A DNA stretch of 64,000 nucleotides from Paraspadella gotoi (GCA_051294375.1 CM119269.1:22156965-22220964), one strand, 5' to 3'. Counted from the first letter of the stretch, positions 23,060 through 40,600 are shown. A program made the numbers and translations. The notes: generated by a model from the sequence alone, not told the origin.

Positions 23060-25974
23060 TTTTTTTGAAAAGCAGAGAGCAATTCATGGTACGCCTGCAC
23101 TATGTTTTTTTATGCTATATTCCTTTTCATTTATCTATTTCATGCTAGAGAAGGAGAATGAATGATCCAAAATAGCAAAAATAAATCCTTCATGTCAACC
23201 AAGCCAATAGATTATAGAGAAGGTCTGACGATCCAAGTCATAAAGTATAAAATTCCTTTCATGGCGTACCCTTAAATTATTAGATCATCTTTCACCGAAT
23301 AAAATGAAACCCTTCTACGTAAATGAAAATCATCTTATACAGTTGTGCGTTGACATTCGTGGAAGATGTGATTTATTTGAGCTTGCAATTTTATCTTCTT
23401 CAAATTCTTCCGATTTTGAATGAAATAAATGAGGTTTTTTTGACTAGAACTTACTGGCGATGATTTCTTTCAAAATCATATCCTCTTGATTGTCATGGTA
23501 CGTTTTCCTCATCCTCAAATGAAATTCAAAGTTCTTTTGAATCGTTACGGATTTTATTAGTATAAACTCATCAATGGTGTTGACTGACTTTTATCTTTTA
23601 TCTAATACCGCTTGGGAATATATGTTTTTACAATTAAACGGATTTCTCAACGCTGAGGATTGTTGCACTGGACTCGGGACTGTTTTTAATTGATTCAGAT
23701 GATCTCATTAGAGCAAATAAATTTTTCTTCCATTTGTTTTTAGTTTTGTCACGGGCAAGTGGTCGGGCTTCATTTGGTGATGGTCTACAGCAAGGATTCT
23801 TCACCTTCTTCATAGGCATCCGTATCTTCACCAGAATCAGATTCATGTTCTTGTTTGTTTTTTTTTTTCTTTTATTTCTCTTTGCCTTTTTCTTTTACAA
23901 GGATTTAATATCTCATCGAAGGGTTTGCGTTTTTCAATAAGTTTAGTTGTAATTTGCTCAATCGTTGAAGACTGACTTTAATGGTTTTCAACTCGACAGA
24001 CTTAGAGCTTTGAAGCCATTCTTCTTTCCCTTTCCCCTTTCCTTTTCCTTTTCCCTTGCCTTTTTCCCTTCCCCTGAGGATCTTTCTTGCCAAAATCTTC
24101 CAACGCATGTTCCCAAGACGTGAATAATCCAAAATGCTCGCGCGTAGTATTGGTTGAAAATTGGGATTCAATTTTGATCAGGGTCAGTCATTGGTTCATC
24201 TTCAGTTTTCAACTGAAATGTGGATTGTGCATGCCTGAGGAGAATCACTTAATTTTTCTTGGGGCTTTTCTTCCCAAATTGCTCTGACCCAGACTGAAGA
24301 CCGAAATAATTTGAGGACCCTTTTCTTCCAGTTTAGGCTGATTACTCGCTCGGAGCAAATCCGCCTCAGAGAATGCGTTCGCATAAGGATTGCAAGGGCC
24401 ATTCTTATCAAATATTTTCCCATATGTGTGATCGTTGACTATATCCAAGTATGAAGCAGGACTTGATTCGGAAGACTGGGTTGCTGTTGCTGTTGTAACA
24501 GAGACGCGTCTAGCCAGAGGTGGGCATCTAATAGTAGAAGTGCTGTGGTGGTGGGAATCAGGAGAATCTTATTTTCAAGAAAAGAGTTATTCAACTTTAG
24601 TTTTTTGGGGTTTGAAGGCCCGAATTATCAATGCCTAAGTATTTGAGCGGAGGGGGAGGGGGCAGATTATTTGAAACAACGGGTTGGTGGTTGATCCTCT
24701 GGAGAACTGGAACACAAAAACAAATTAAAAAAAAATTATAATCATTTTTAGAGTTTTAACACTTTTTACATTGATCATTACATTTTATAAAAAAATTTTA
24801 CAAATTGAATTATCTTTGAACTATTGAACTAAAAATTAACTTTTTATTAGAATATATAATAGTTTTATGACTTAGGTCTTTATTAATATTTTAAAATCTG
24901 CCTCTATACTGATAAATATAATTTTTTTTAAAAAATAATTTTATTACCTTGAATCGCTATGAGGCAAGTCGGCCGAAGGCCCTGGGGGAGTCGGGTGGCG
25001 GTGTGTGAATGACCGCGCTACAAAAGAAATTAAAAAAAAGAAAAAAATATATATAGAATAATGATTATTATTTCGTAAAACTGAAAAAACGACAGAACTT
25101 CTGTCAGAAGCAGGACATGTACATAAAATGGTAAAATTTTACTTTCGCTGACCGGAGCTTTAGCGTCTTTATAAAACCACTTAAAATACTTATCTGAAAA
25201 AAAATTGTAAAATTATTACCTAATTAGTAATTACCATAATCACCCCTAACCCTAAACGACCCCTAAGCTACCCTTAACCACCCTTAACCGTAAAGTCTCA
25301 TAACCTCGATCCGCGAAAGTAAAATTATGCCACAAACATTAGGAACAGAGTTTGATAATTGGCAACAAAAATTTTTTCAGAATAAAACGTACATGTTTCG
25401 GCTCTATGTCATTGTACATAGTACAAGCCTTCAAATAAATTGTTGTTGCCAATTATCAAACTATGAATATTAATGATGCTTATCAATTAAAAAAAATTGT
25501 TTCAATGTAGCGTACATGTTCTGGTAAAATGTTTGTGGCATTATGTGATAATCCTTTCTTTTTTGTTGTGATGTCAGATTAGGAACAGAGTTTGATAATT
25601 AAATTTATTCAGAATGAAACACATGTTTCGGCTCTATGTACATTGTACATTGTACAAGCCTTTCATTAATAAATTGTTGTTGCAATAATCAAACTCTGTT
25701 CCTAATCTACATCACAACAAAAAGAAAGGATTATCACATAATGCCACAAACATTTTACCAGAACATGTACGCTACATTGAAACAATTTTTTTTAATTGAT
25801 AAGCATCATTAATATTTCATAGACAATAATAATTCAAATTTAAAATATTAATACAAAATTAATACCTGGTCGTTTCCGGGCCGGTAAGACAGGCCTGGGC
25901 ACATTCAAGATCACATAACTTTTGCCAGAATTGCGATCGAAAATTTTCTTTGTTGTCACGCTCAAAGGGTCCAT
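23060..25974 (-). pseudogene. Copy B of the same uncharacterised gene; carries ~530 bp missing from copy A but has many indels
   Basis: Collinear with 14078-16805; the extra segment 24296-24826 includes the acceptor and 5' part of the large exon. Confidence 0.5.
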
Positions 25975-27017
25975 CGTGAGTTGGAAATTTACAATAACAC
26001 AGATAAGTAACGCGGGCGTCGAAACTGAGATACTGCGGGCCAGGAAACAGTTAACAAAGAAACGATCCTCCTGGCTGAACGAGACGGGTTTGGTTTTCTC
26101 TCTTTTCCGCCAGGGGGAAAAAGGAGAAAGAAAAAAAGAGACGAGAGAGACGCTTTTCTTCTCGAACAAATGAACAGCGCACCAGTGAGTTTTCTTTTTA
26201 TTCGCGTCGCGTGACTGACTGATTCAAAATTTTTGTTTTCTTCCTGTTTTCAGTTTTTTTATGGGAAACCTTGTTTTGTTTTGCCATTAAGTCTTCACTG
26301 CAGATTACCGCAGTAACAGATGTCTTCTTTTTTTTCTGATTGCTGTTTTCAAAATTTAAAAAAAAATTAAAAAAGGTGATTCATCACACTTGAGCTTCTG
26401 GGAGAAAAGATATTGTAATTGTGCCGAAATCAATCGTTACTTATTTTTTATTGTAAAACGGAAAGTCGTTAAAACATGTCAGGTTGAGGAGAGAGAGAGA
26501 GAGAGAGAAGAGAGAAGCCCTCCGCTTCATCAACAAATCAAAGTACCATACCCTTCTCTTACGAAATCTTGTTCATGTAAAAGTTAAATTTAAAACATTT
26601 AATATCCTCAATTGCGAACTGCCGCCATCTGACTCTTCTATAATCTTAAAATATTTTAAATGATAAAAATTTAACATTTTATCCCTATCAATTACATCGG
26701 TCAAATAATGTTTATTCGTTAACGGGAGCTTTTTAGGTTGTTCTGTAACATCCTCTCTAATAGGATTGAACTCTAGACGTCCTTGTCTCGAACCTATATA
26801 ATAAAACGCCAGATCACAAATGTTAATCTATTTAATCTTCGCCCGCTTCATATTTTTTTATTGCTAATTAGTAATTTATGCATTTATGCATGGATTATTT
26901 TAATGTTTTATAAAATGAACCGAAACAAAACGTTTATCTTACAAACCATTCATACGCAACTAAACTCTCAAAGCCGTTGGCGATCCCATCCAACTCGACA
27001 CAATTATCAAAGCCTCT

Positions 27018-28184
27018 TATGTCCGCAGCGGATGACCAAACGTGTCGCCGAGTTGTTATTATGATTTCCTAACTGAAGGTTGTTGTCTTTGTGTTTTTAC
27101 CTTTTTTTAATTAAAGGAAGAAAAATCAAAATCTTTATGGTGGACCACCAACCGTTTGTCAGCGGCCATTGGTGCGGAGGCAAGTCATTCGCTTCACCAA
27201 CCCAAAGGTCCGCGTTCTAGCCCGGTGGTCGTCTAGCAGTTAAGAGGGACGGGGCGCTTAACCCCCGGTAACCGCGGTGTTACAGCCTGATCCGAGCTCA
27301 GGACTGCTTACATTGAACGTTCTGTCACTAACACACAACAATAATTACTTGTCTCTTCGTCTTATTATTTGTTTGCTACCAACGACGGTGTTTTTTAAAC
27401 ATGAAAAATATTTAAATACGGACATGTTTCAGTTTCGGCTCTTATTGCGAGGTTTAATCATCGCGAAATAAAAACTCATCGCTGAAGACTCGAATACGCA
27501 GGTCGTACTCTTAAAGACCTCTTTGAAAGGTAGATATAGAATTGACAGTCGTCTGTTAATAAGGTAAGTTATTACTTACTAACTAATTCAACAAGGGACG
27601 CGAATTTTATACTCGGTGACAATTATAAAGAGAGTTTAACGAACTTCAAATGGCCGACGACGACAACAACAACAGCCCAAACAACGCTCACGACCCCTTC
27701 ACTCCGAAGCATGGAGCGGAAGACCACATTGAGTCAATGTGGTCTTCCGCTGAATTCCGCACATTGACATTCCGACGGTGGGGTCCCCATGTTGACGGCG
27801 ATTTTCCTTGGACGAAAACGGCGGGCCCCATACAACAGTCTTAAAAGTTAAAATTATTCCAATTTGTTATATATGGCTGAATGATGTACATTGAATTTAA
27901 TAGTTTAATTTCATAATGTTAAATAAATTTGACCCTCTATTCTGCTTTGGCTGGACTAGCAGTCGTATAATAATATTATTGATAGAAACATTAGAAACAT
28001 TAAAAATATAATGATTTTTTTTAAAATCTGAATTTAAAATTTATATCTTTATATTTTTTATAATTTATAATTTATCTTTCTTTAGGGCCCGGGTTTCCTC
28101 CATGGATAGTAGAGTGGAGCACTCAAGAACAAAAAATTTATTTCGAATGATCGAACAATGATATTTAGATGTGATATAGTATGA
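27018..28184 (+). pseudogene. Decayed TRAF-type MATH-domain-like gene (copy A at ~17848-18673, with its last exon hidden in the N gap)
   Basis: Fragments in order: NLYGGPP, LSLRLII, GHVSVSAL, KGRYR, EDHIESMW..TFRR, and GPGF..LKNKKFISNDRTMIFRCDIV*. These resemble the TRAF MATH end (GFG..F...L...FIKDDTL.VRCEV). Interrupted by frameshifts, stops and the SINE. Confidence 0.35.
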
Positions 28185-29323
28185 TTAATTAGTACAAAAA
28201 ATATTTTGTTCATATTATCTCGGGAACAGAATAGTAAAATATAATATATTTTAGTAATATCCTTATAAAATAGTAAATTTTAAAAAATAATTTTATAAAA
28301 ACTTTATTAAAGATTCAGATTATTAATAAAAAGTTGACATCAAAAATATAAAACATGTTATTCAAAATTCTGTCATCTTTCAATGTTTAAAATAAGAAAA
28401 AAGGTGAAAAATTCCTGACTTTTTTATTCTCTGTAGTAGAAACTTAATATGCTAAAACTTTTAGTCAATTTTTTGTGATCTAAACATAAAATATCATATA
28501 ACATTTATAAAAGTTTCTTAGTTTTACAGCGAATCCAAATCAGTTCTTAAAAAAAATATATATTTTGAAATTTGACGATTTTATAAGGATATTTACTACA
28601 TAAATAAGTTGAATTTGCTATACTGTTATGCGCAAAAAAATTTTTAAAAAGATTTAAAATTTCATTAATTATATAAGTTCCCATAGTGCATCAAAAAAAT
28701 AATTGTTCAATCACTCAATCTTTTCATCACTCCACCCTAATGGGATAGCGGGCCTCTCGTCTTTGTGGAGGTTATCTTCTCCCCTGGTTCTGAAAGAAAG
28801 AGCAAATGAGCTTCGCCGTTAGTTCTCACCAAAAAATGCAAAGCCACATAATGANNNNNNNNNNNNNNNNNNNNNNNNNTTATAGGCGCCTGTGAACTTC
28901 ACAGGCTGAAGGATATAGTAGCCTGAACGCTGTGACAAAAGACGTTATTCCGATCGGAGATGTAGCACATCTCTTAAGCCCAAATTGCCAGATAGTTTTT
29001 CAATTTTTGGGTAACTATAGAGGCAATTAGTATTATTTATTGTAATAGTTTGTATTACTATCATTATACACGGTGTGCAACCGGCAACAGTGTTGTGAAA
29101 AAGATCGCCGACATAAGTCCATTTTGTCGTCACGCTAAATAAACTATTCTCTAATTTCTTATCAATGATTTAATATTTTTATTATTACTTAAGCCTCAAT
29201 AGATAACCATAGACTAAATAATTTAAGAAATAAATAAGAACCCTTGGCCATAAAATCCTGTATAATATTTTAAAACGTATATTCTATTCGCGCTAAAATG
29301 TTTTATAAAGACCGCACAAAGGT

Positions 29324-29838
29324 TCAGCACAAAACTGTTTTCATCATTTTGTGAAGGCGGACGTCAATCTGCGAGAAAAGGATTGGTGGTAATTCACATA
29401 TATTTGGTCACTCATTAATTTAATATTTCACCTGAAAATGAAGAAACAGTTTAAGCACTATCCCGTACATGAAGAGAATGAAGAACAACTGGAATTGTAG
29501 CGACAGCATATTCTCGTTTTCTGTATCAAATTTTTATTAACTAAGTTTTTTAAATATAAAATCTCCAGTAATTACTGTTAGTTATCGACGTCTACGAATG
29601 AACATATTGATACCTATTTCAGTCGCCGTCTTGCCAATATCTTCGCTCGCAAAATCATAGCTAAACATCAAAAGTGTAAAGTTCTTAGCTTAGCTTGACA
29701 ATACAATTAACTATTTCATTTAATTACACTAACTAACCCGTTCCGCCCGTCGGATTCTCCGCCGATCTCCTCCCCGCCGACGAATTGTATTCCTCCGCCG
29801 ACGCAAAGTAGAGCCAAAAGGACGTTGGCCGTCGCCAT
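29324..29838 (-). CDS. Putative 93-aa type I membrane microprotein. Exons: 29838-29738, 29660-29614, 29520-29432, 29368-29324
   Basis: MATANVLLALLCVGGGIQFVGG-EEIGGESDGRNGYDFASEDIGKTATEIENENM-LSLQFQLFFILFMYGIVLKLFLHF-QIDVRLHKMMKTVLC*. Three short GT-AG introns (77, 93 and 63 bp) with matching phases 2, 1 and 0. Signal peptide, acidic ectodomain, TM segment and basic tail. Indel-rich copy at ~42100-42628. Confidence 0.65.
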
Positions 29839-30854
29839 CGCCGCCTCACAGACGCTATGTATTTATTTATTTAATTATATATTTATTTATTATTCATAAT
29901 AACATGTTATAAATTGAAATAATAACGTAATAGCCAGAATGTAATTCGAAATGTCCACGGATTTTTCGATAATTATAATTAACATAATTTCTAATTCATT
30001 TAATATACATTTTATTATATATATATTTAATATATATATATCTATTGATCACGCGGTATTTTAGCCACAGCATATTTAGTCCTTAAAAAAGTACCTTTAG
30101 GCCAGCTCCTTTGTTTTTTCGTCCTGCGAAAAATTAAGTAGATAACTTTATTTTAAAAACGTAAAAAAGAAATCTACAAGTTCATTCTTTTTTCGCTAAT
30201 TTCGTTACCGCATTTTTGATGATATTCATTACATTAGTAATTTAGTTTAGGAGTTTTCTGACGTCTGAAAAAGGAAGACGGAGTGAGCAAGTTTAACTAA
30301 AATTTGCAACGAGAAATATACTTCGTCGTCAATAAGCTATCTGCAATGTTCATTTGTATCTTAAATTTTCCCTTCAATTCTGACAAAAGCGACATCAATA
30401 GAAAATGTTTTAACCAACTCATTTTAATTCCCAATTTCGCTTTCCTATATGTAATTAAAAACAACAAACTAATTAACAAACCAATTATTTCAGGGACAAT
30501 TGAATTTTTACTATTCTGCTATAATGTTCAAAATTAATGTGTTTTTCACCCTGGCGAAGAATTTGATTCATAAATTCGATGAATAATAGACGTAAAAAAC
30601 ATAAAGACAAACGAAAATTGAATTCAGCTGAGTCTCCACCCTTTCTATCGTTTGCCACTCCGGTTCGCCACTCCAGTTTGCCACTCCGGTTAGTCACTCC
30701 CGTTTGCTTCTCCCGTTATCTACTCCAATTTGCTCCTTATGTTTGCTCCACCGGATTGCCCCTCCAGTTTGTCCCACCGGATTGCTCCTCCGGTTTGCCC
30801 CCACAAGTTTGCTCCACAAAGGTACGCCTCTCCATCACGCTGCCTTTATTCTCC

Positions 30855-32870
30855 GCACCATCAAATAATCCCTATTCTCTCCCAGCTCCATCAATCTCTT
30901 TTTCGATCCATCAAATAATCCCTCTTCTCTCCCAGCTCCATCAATCTCTTTTCGGCTCCATCAAATAATCCCTCTTCTATCCCAGCTCCATCAATCTCTT
31001 ATCCGCTCCATCAAATAATCCCTCTTCTCTCCCAGCTCCATCAGTCTCTTCTCCACTACATCAAATAATCCCGCTTCATTCTCTCCCAGCTCCATCAATT
31101 TCTTCTTTGCTCCATNNNNNNNNNNNNNNNNNNNNNNNNNAGAGAGAGATAGAAAGGAGAATATGATGAGAGCGAGAGAGAGGAGGGCGGATATGATTGC
31201 GAGAGAGCAGGATGGGCGGGGAGAGAGGAGGCGGGATTATTTGATGGAGTTGAAGAAGCAGACTGATCGCGAGCGGGAGAGAGGCAAGGCGGATTATGAT
31301 GGGCGAAGAAGAGATGATGGGCGGGAGTAGAGGTAAGGCTGGCATTTTGATGGATGCGAAGAGAGAACTGATGGAGGCGGGAGAGAGGAGTGGCCGGGAT
31401 TATTATTGGAAGCGAAGAAAGAACGTTGGGAAGACGTGGGAGGAGAGGCGGGATGATTTGATGGAGCGAAGAAAGACGATGTGAGCGGTGAGAGAGGAGG
31501 CGGGATTATTTGATGGAGCGAAAGGAGATGAGTGGGCGGGGAGAGAGGGAGGCGGTATTGAATGGAGCAGGAAGAGATTGTGCGACCGGGGAGAAGAGGA
31601 GGGCGGGATTATTTGAATGGAAGCGAAGAAGAGACGATGGAGGCGAGGAGAGAGGAGGGCGGGATTATTTGATGAGTGAAGAAGAGATTGATGGAGCGGG
31701 GAGAGAGGGCGGGATTATTGATGGAGCGAAGAAGAGATTGTGGAGCGGGGAGAGGAGGGCGGGATATTGGAGAAAGACTGAGTAGGGAGACTTTTAAGTG
31801 AGCGAGAAGAGACTGATGGTAGCGGGGAGACGAGGAGGGCGGATTATTTGATGGAGCCGAAGAAAGAGACTGATGGAGCGGGGAGAGGAGGGCGGATTTA
31901 TTGATGGAGCCGAAGAAGAGACTGATGGAGCGGGAGAGACGGAGGCGGGATTATTTGATGAGCAAAAGAGACTGATGGATGCCGGGGAGAGGGGGTCTAT
32001 TAAGTGAGAAAGAAGAAGACGTTGACTGGGCAGGGGAAAGAGGAGTGGAGTTTATTTGATGGGAAGGGAGAGAGATTGTGGAGCTGGGAGAGAAGGAGGG
32101 CTGGGATTAGTTAAGTGAGCAAGTGAAGAGTATTGGAATAGAGTACGGACAAGAGGACGGGCTGGGTTTATTGATGAGCAAAAGAGAGATTGGTGAGCAG
32201 GGAGTATGGAATACAGGAATTATTAAATGTGGAGCAAAGAAGATACTGATGATACAGAGAAAGGGTTGTAAATGATGGAGCAAAGAGAGAAATTGATTGG
32301 AGCTGGAGAGAGATGATTTTGAAGACGGATCGTAGAAGATCTAGTGGAGTAAGGGACAATGAGGAGGTGGGATTCCTTGGTGGGCGAGAGAGATTGTGTG
32401 GAAGCTGGCACGAATAGAATACATGGATTATTAGTGGCGAAGAAGAGATGATAGGAGAGCTCCATCAAATAATCCCGCCCTCCTCTCTCCCCGCTCCATC
32501 AGTCTCTTCTTCGCTCCATCAAATAATCCCGCCCTCCTCTCTGTCCTCGCTCCATCGAAATCTCCATATGCACTTGCGCTCCATCAAATAGGTACGACAG
32601 CCATCCTGTACTGGATCCACCCGCGTACCGAATCAGTCTCGGTGTCTTGCGCTGCCAATGCAAATAATGCCGGCGCCCGTCCTAGCTGCGTCCTCGCTTT
32701 CACCAGGTCACAGATCTCTTCTTCGCGTGACCCAAAATGAAATAATCCAGGCCTTCCCTCTCTGCACCGCCGCGGTCCTCAATTCTGTCTTTGGCGCTCC
32801 ATGCAAATAATGCCAGCCTTCCTAGCTCTCCCGCCGCTCCAACCAATCTCTACTCCGCTCCACTTCAATA
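30855..32870. repeat. ~50-54 bp minisatellite array, copy C; the central part 31141-32460 is inverted
   Basis: Unit gctccatcaaataatcccgccctcctctctccccgctccatcagtctcttcttc; orientation flips at the N gap and again at ~32458. Confidence 0.9.
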
Positions 32871-34317
32871 TTCCTGCCCTCTAGCGATGGTTCGAATGAC
32901 TTCGAAGATGGCGGAACCGCAGACGACGAAGATGAAGATTCCAATCATGACGGGTCCGACGGGCGAGGATTCCTCTTCGGGGCGGACGAGCGACTTGGGA
33001 TGGGATGGATGGAGGCAAGGATGTTGGTGGCGGAAAGTTAAGTATCGGCTCTTTGGCTCATTTATTATGAAAAAGGGTAATTTATAAAATATTAAATCTC
33101 TCTCTATTCCAAGAGCGACCCATTTTTTCCCCCCAAAATTCCGGAACTTAATTTAAACTCAAATATTTAACCGTAATCTGTTAGATAACTTATAAGCCAT
33201 TCTCTAACCCTAATCTCTAACTCTAATACCTAACCCGAAACCATAACTATAGGCTAAGACTTAACTTTAACCTTAAACCTATTCCCTATTCCCTATTCCC
33301 TATTCCTGTTGCGTCCACACCCTACCCTTTAAAGACAAAAAAATCACCTTGGGAACTTTTCCGCGTACGTTCTTGTTGTGAGCGTTGCTGAGAAAACAAC
33401 GGAGAAAAACTTACATTAGTGAATAAACTAGAGCATTATTATAATTTATAAAGACTAGCTTTGAGCTCTATGTAACTTTAGTTTTCCCACTGACCCGACT
33501 AGATAATATTTTAAATATAAAAAATGCTAGTGACTTATAAAATTTATTAAAAAACAAAAAACCAAAAGTATATCCCATATAATTAAGATTGAGATGATAG
33601 TTTTGTCTTATTGAAATAGAGGGAGCATCTATACGATAAAAAAAATGTACCTTTTTGCCCTCATTTGTCGAGTCGCGACTTGCGCCATCTTCTCTTACTT
33701 CCTTTTTCCTCTTGCCGAAAAGACTATGCCGCAAACACTGCCGTAAAGACGATGCCCAAAACCCACTGTGCCGCAAAGAATCGTACGCGTCGCTCAGTCG
33801 CTCAGTCACTAACGATATCGCGAAAAATTTGAACTTCTGCCGCAAATTGAAGTTAAAACTGTCTGCCGCAAGAGGTTACTGGATTTGCTACAACCGCTAC
33901 TCTGATTTTGCTGCAAATGAGATTTCGTCGACGGAGACAATAGATTTGCGGTAAAGACGAAAACTAAAACGATTTTTTTGTTTCATTTTTTTATCTTTAG
34001 TGTTCCAATGTTGGATCGGGATCTCATCTAACTTTTAATGAACTCAAGAATAAAAGCAATTGTAACTAAATATTTTATTTTTATTAGTTTGCTTTTTAAC
34101 GTATATATTACGATAGATATGTTTCAAAAACGAATATGGAATCAGATTGAATAAAACCAAACAATTCCAATGAAAATGTTTGTATCAAAAATATGTAATA
34201 AAAAACAAACCACTTTAACTAACACAAGCTAATTCAGGGCAATAATTTAATTTTTTCCTGAGAGAGAGAGACAGAGAGAGAGATATCGAGCGAGAGAGAG
34301 AAAGAGACTCCGTCTCT

Positions 34318-37016
<2,699 letters not shown>

Positions 37017-37615
37017 GGTTCGAATTGCCTTTTATTTGTTTTGTTAGTCTAAACTAAGCTATGCTAGTTAGTTTGTTCTTTTTGGCTTTTGTACGTATAA
37101 TTATTTTTATTTTTATTTGTAATTTTTTTTTTCAGTTTCGTTCGCAACTCGAAATTGATTAGAAACTATGAGCCTCGATCCAATCTCTCTCTCTCTCTCT
37201 GCTCTCTCTTCTCTCTCTCATCTCCTCTCGTCTCTCTGCTCTCTCTCTTCTTTCTCACCGAATTGAATCCCCTCAGCGCGATAGTCAAGCGATCTTCACG
37301 TGAACTCGATCGTCAAAACTGTTTCTCTCACCTCCGGAGTTGTTGTTGTCGCTCGTCTTCGTAAAGAGCCAGTTTCTCTATTCGTGGAGAAAGAAATTTA
37401 AAGTTGAAATTTTAGTTAAAATGAAAATTAAGTCCGAGAAAAGGAGAGAGTTTATAGAAAGAAAAGAAAAAAAGGTTGTGAAAGAGAAGAAAAGAGAGAA
37501 AGTAAGTGAGAAAAGTAAAAAGAGAGTTTTGAAAGAGAGGGTCGTGGACTAAAGCTTAGGGAGAGAGAGTCGGGGGATCAGCATAGCCGGACCGAGGTTG
37601 ATCGAGAGAGAGAAG

Positions 37616-37646
<31 letters not shown>

Positions 37647-40600
37647 AGAGACGAGAGAGAGAGAGAGAAGAGAGAGACGAGGGAGAGGTGCGCTGAGTGA
37701 TTATCGTGAGATTTGGGGAATGGAGTCACAAAAGACGCAGAGGAAGGAGGGAGAGCTAGAGAATGATAAGAGAGTGGAGAGGGAGAGGGCAAAGAAGTGA
37801 AAGAGGGAGAGAAAGAGAATCAGAGATATGGAGGGCGAGAAAGCGCGAGTGGGAGGAGAGAGGAGAGAGAAAATAGGGAGAAAGGACGATCGTGTATACA
37901 CGAGAGGGCAAGAGGGGCAGAAGAAGTCCGACACGGGCGCGACGCGAGCCGAGACGGGGTCGCCCGACAGAATTTTCATGATTTCGATCCAAATTTTAAA
38001 TCAGCCAAAATTTTCCGTTTTTTGTGTTTTAATTTTGGGAAGAAATATTTTATTACTTTTTCTGACAAGAAAATAAATAAAAATGATATTGAAATAGTAA
38101 AGAAATTATCAAGATATGAATTTTACCGATTTTAAAAAAATTCTGATTTTTTTTTTTAGAAATCTGTTTGTTCTTTTGTGTTTTTTAAATTCAAGAAAAA
38201 AACCAGAAAATACAGACGGAATGTATTTGGTGAGTGTAATAGTGGAATCGTTATTCGGCGTTCGACCGACTGCTGCTTTACTTAAGAAGCGATCTCATTA
38301 TCTTTCCTGAAAAGATTTTTTTACCCGATTGATTGATGATTGATCAACTATTAAAATTGGTACAATCAATTGTTTAGATTTATTCATTCAATAGACAATA
38401 GACATAATAAGTAAATAAGTAACGGTAATTTCAATGTGTTGCGCCGAAGTGACTGCCTTATCACGTGTATGTTCTTTGGTGACAAGACGTTGACCATGAC
38501 ATGGTTTGATATAAATATGTAAACACTATACACTATTTAAGTCAGTTTTTTAGGGTTAAAGATTAAAGAATCAGTCCTGACAGGTTAAAGGGTCGGGGTA
38601 AAAGGATCACGGATAAAGCTTTTAGGATTCTGGTTAATATACTAAGTATAAGGTTTTGGGATTAGGGTCGGGGACATAAGATTAGATTTTTGGGGTTTGG
38701 TAATAAATTAAGTCTTATATATGTAAGTTAAGGTTAGGGTAATAAGAAACAAAAAAGGACATTTTTCGATAAAAAGAGCTCAAAGGTTATTGAGTCCGAA
38801 AATATTTTATTTTTGCTTCAAACAAAATGGAAAAGAAAAAAAGTTGAATTTGATTTTGAGAACACGAAATGGATCTTACGAGACTCAAGAAAAGAAAAGA
38901 AGGGAAGGGGAAAAAGTATGGAAAGTCGTAATGACTGTCTCATTGCTGTCACATCTTTCTGTCATCAAAGACGGAATTACTTCTTGCTTGCCCATTTCTT
39001 GAGACAAGAGGATGGGAATGGGCAATGAAAGCTTTTTTTTTACAGTCGCGGTGCTCGAGGGTTGTCCATTGTCCATTGTCCCAATGTTATTATCTTGCTT
39101 TCCATTTTCATTGGTCTATTTTTGAATTCCAGCTGTCCAATAGTTATCTTCTTTGCTAGTCCAATGGTTTAGTGTCCAACTTTCGCAATGGTTATCGTTA
39201 CGTCTGTGCTATGTCCAATTGTCTTGCTGTCCAATGGCTATTGCCCGTTGTCCTTTGTTAAATTGTTTCACTGTTTAATGTCCAATTGTCAATGATCGCA
39301 TTGTTCTTGTTGTTCAAAGTCAATGTTCATAATACTTTTTAGTCTTTTTCTTTTTCTCTGTAGGGGTTATTCCATAAAATAAATTATCACAAGTATCTTT
39401 AACATATAAAATGTTTTTTCTCTTACTATTTAAGTGAAACTTTTTCTAGTCATTCAGTCCTTTGAATTACTAATTATTTTAAATGATTTTTTGCTAATAT
39501 GTGCATTTAAATTGCAATACTTAATTCTGCTCTAAGAAACTTATGCTACGCATCGCATTCGAACGAACGCGGACAAAAATAATGAAAAGAAAAAGGATGA
39601 GAAAAAGATGAAGAGAGAAAGAGACGGAGGGAGATAGTAGCAGGGAGGTCTATAAAAAGTTTTTTTTGTGTTTTTTTTGTTTTTTTTTAATTGGAAAATA
39701 ATTCGGAAAAGAGAAATAAATCAGAAGCTCGCATTTTGGACAAAGGAAGATCATTAGTACTTTCTCCTAATGAAATCTGAGAGAGAGAGAAGAGAAGAGG
39801 AGAGAGAGAGAGAGAGAGAGTAGAGCTTTATTTGATTATGTATGTTATGAATATGTTACTCATGCATTCACCAATATGCATTCATATTTAATATGAATAA
39901 AAATACCTTAAAATTATTAGTTTACGCACAATATAAGAGTTTTTAATATTTTTTTTTCAAAGCGGCATAAGAATGTTTTAGTCATATATGCCGTGTTTTT
40001 TACGAAGCGCATAGAAAGTCAGAAACTTAGCATTCATTCCTGAACATATCTTAATTTCACATTCAGACGTAATAAAAAATGCTTTTTCAGTTTTGAATGA
40101 GAAATGATATACAAAAATCTTTGTTTTTGGAATTAAAAATTATGTTTGAAATAAATTAGAGCAACGAGCGGAAAAGGGGAAACAGGGGATGATGGAAAAG
40201 TAGACATTCTTTTTTAGTAATAAATATAATTTTTATTATTACCTGGGTTTTTTTTACGATAAAATTAACGCAAAAAGTTTAAACCGACAAGGAAAACAAC
40301 TTTTAAAAGGGCAAAAAGCTTTTGACGCGACCGAATGTTGCACATTTTGAATTATAGTAAGTAATGCGAAATATTTCAGTTTCAGACAGACGGGCACTTT
40401 TTTCCATCGATGCCAGTCCCTTGCTGAAGCAGCGATAAACACAACGGAACAAAACTCGTCTCTTTCTTTTGCTGTCTTCCATCGTCGCTTTATGCATCAC
40501 TCCTTTCGTCGTCGCTCTCTAACGTCGCAACTGCTTTCCTTCAATCGTTCAAATTATCGTCGTCGTTTCTGTCGATCCCCGATCCTGACCGATGAGTCAC

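Larger units (their letters stand above)
19551..28600 (+). repeat. Copy B of the ~9.1-kb duplication; 19.5-24 kb is indel-ridden like an uncorrected long read
   Basis: Collinear with A throughout: very noisy at 21.0-23.4 kb, nearly identical at 24.8-28.0 kb. Confidence 0.95.
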
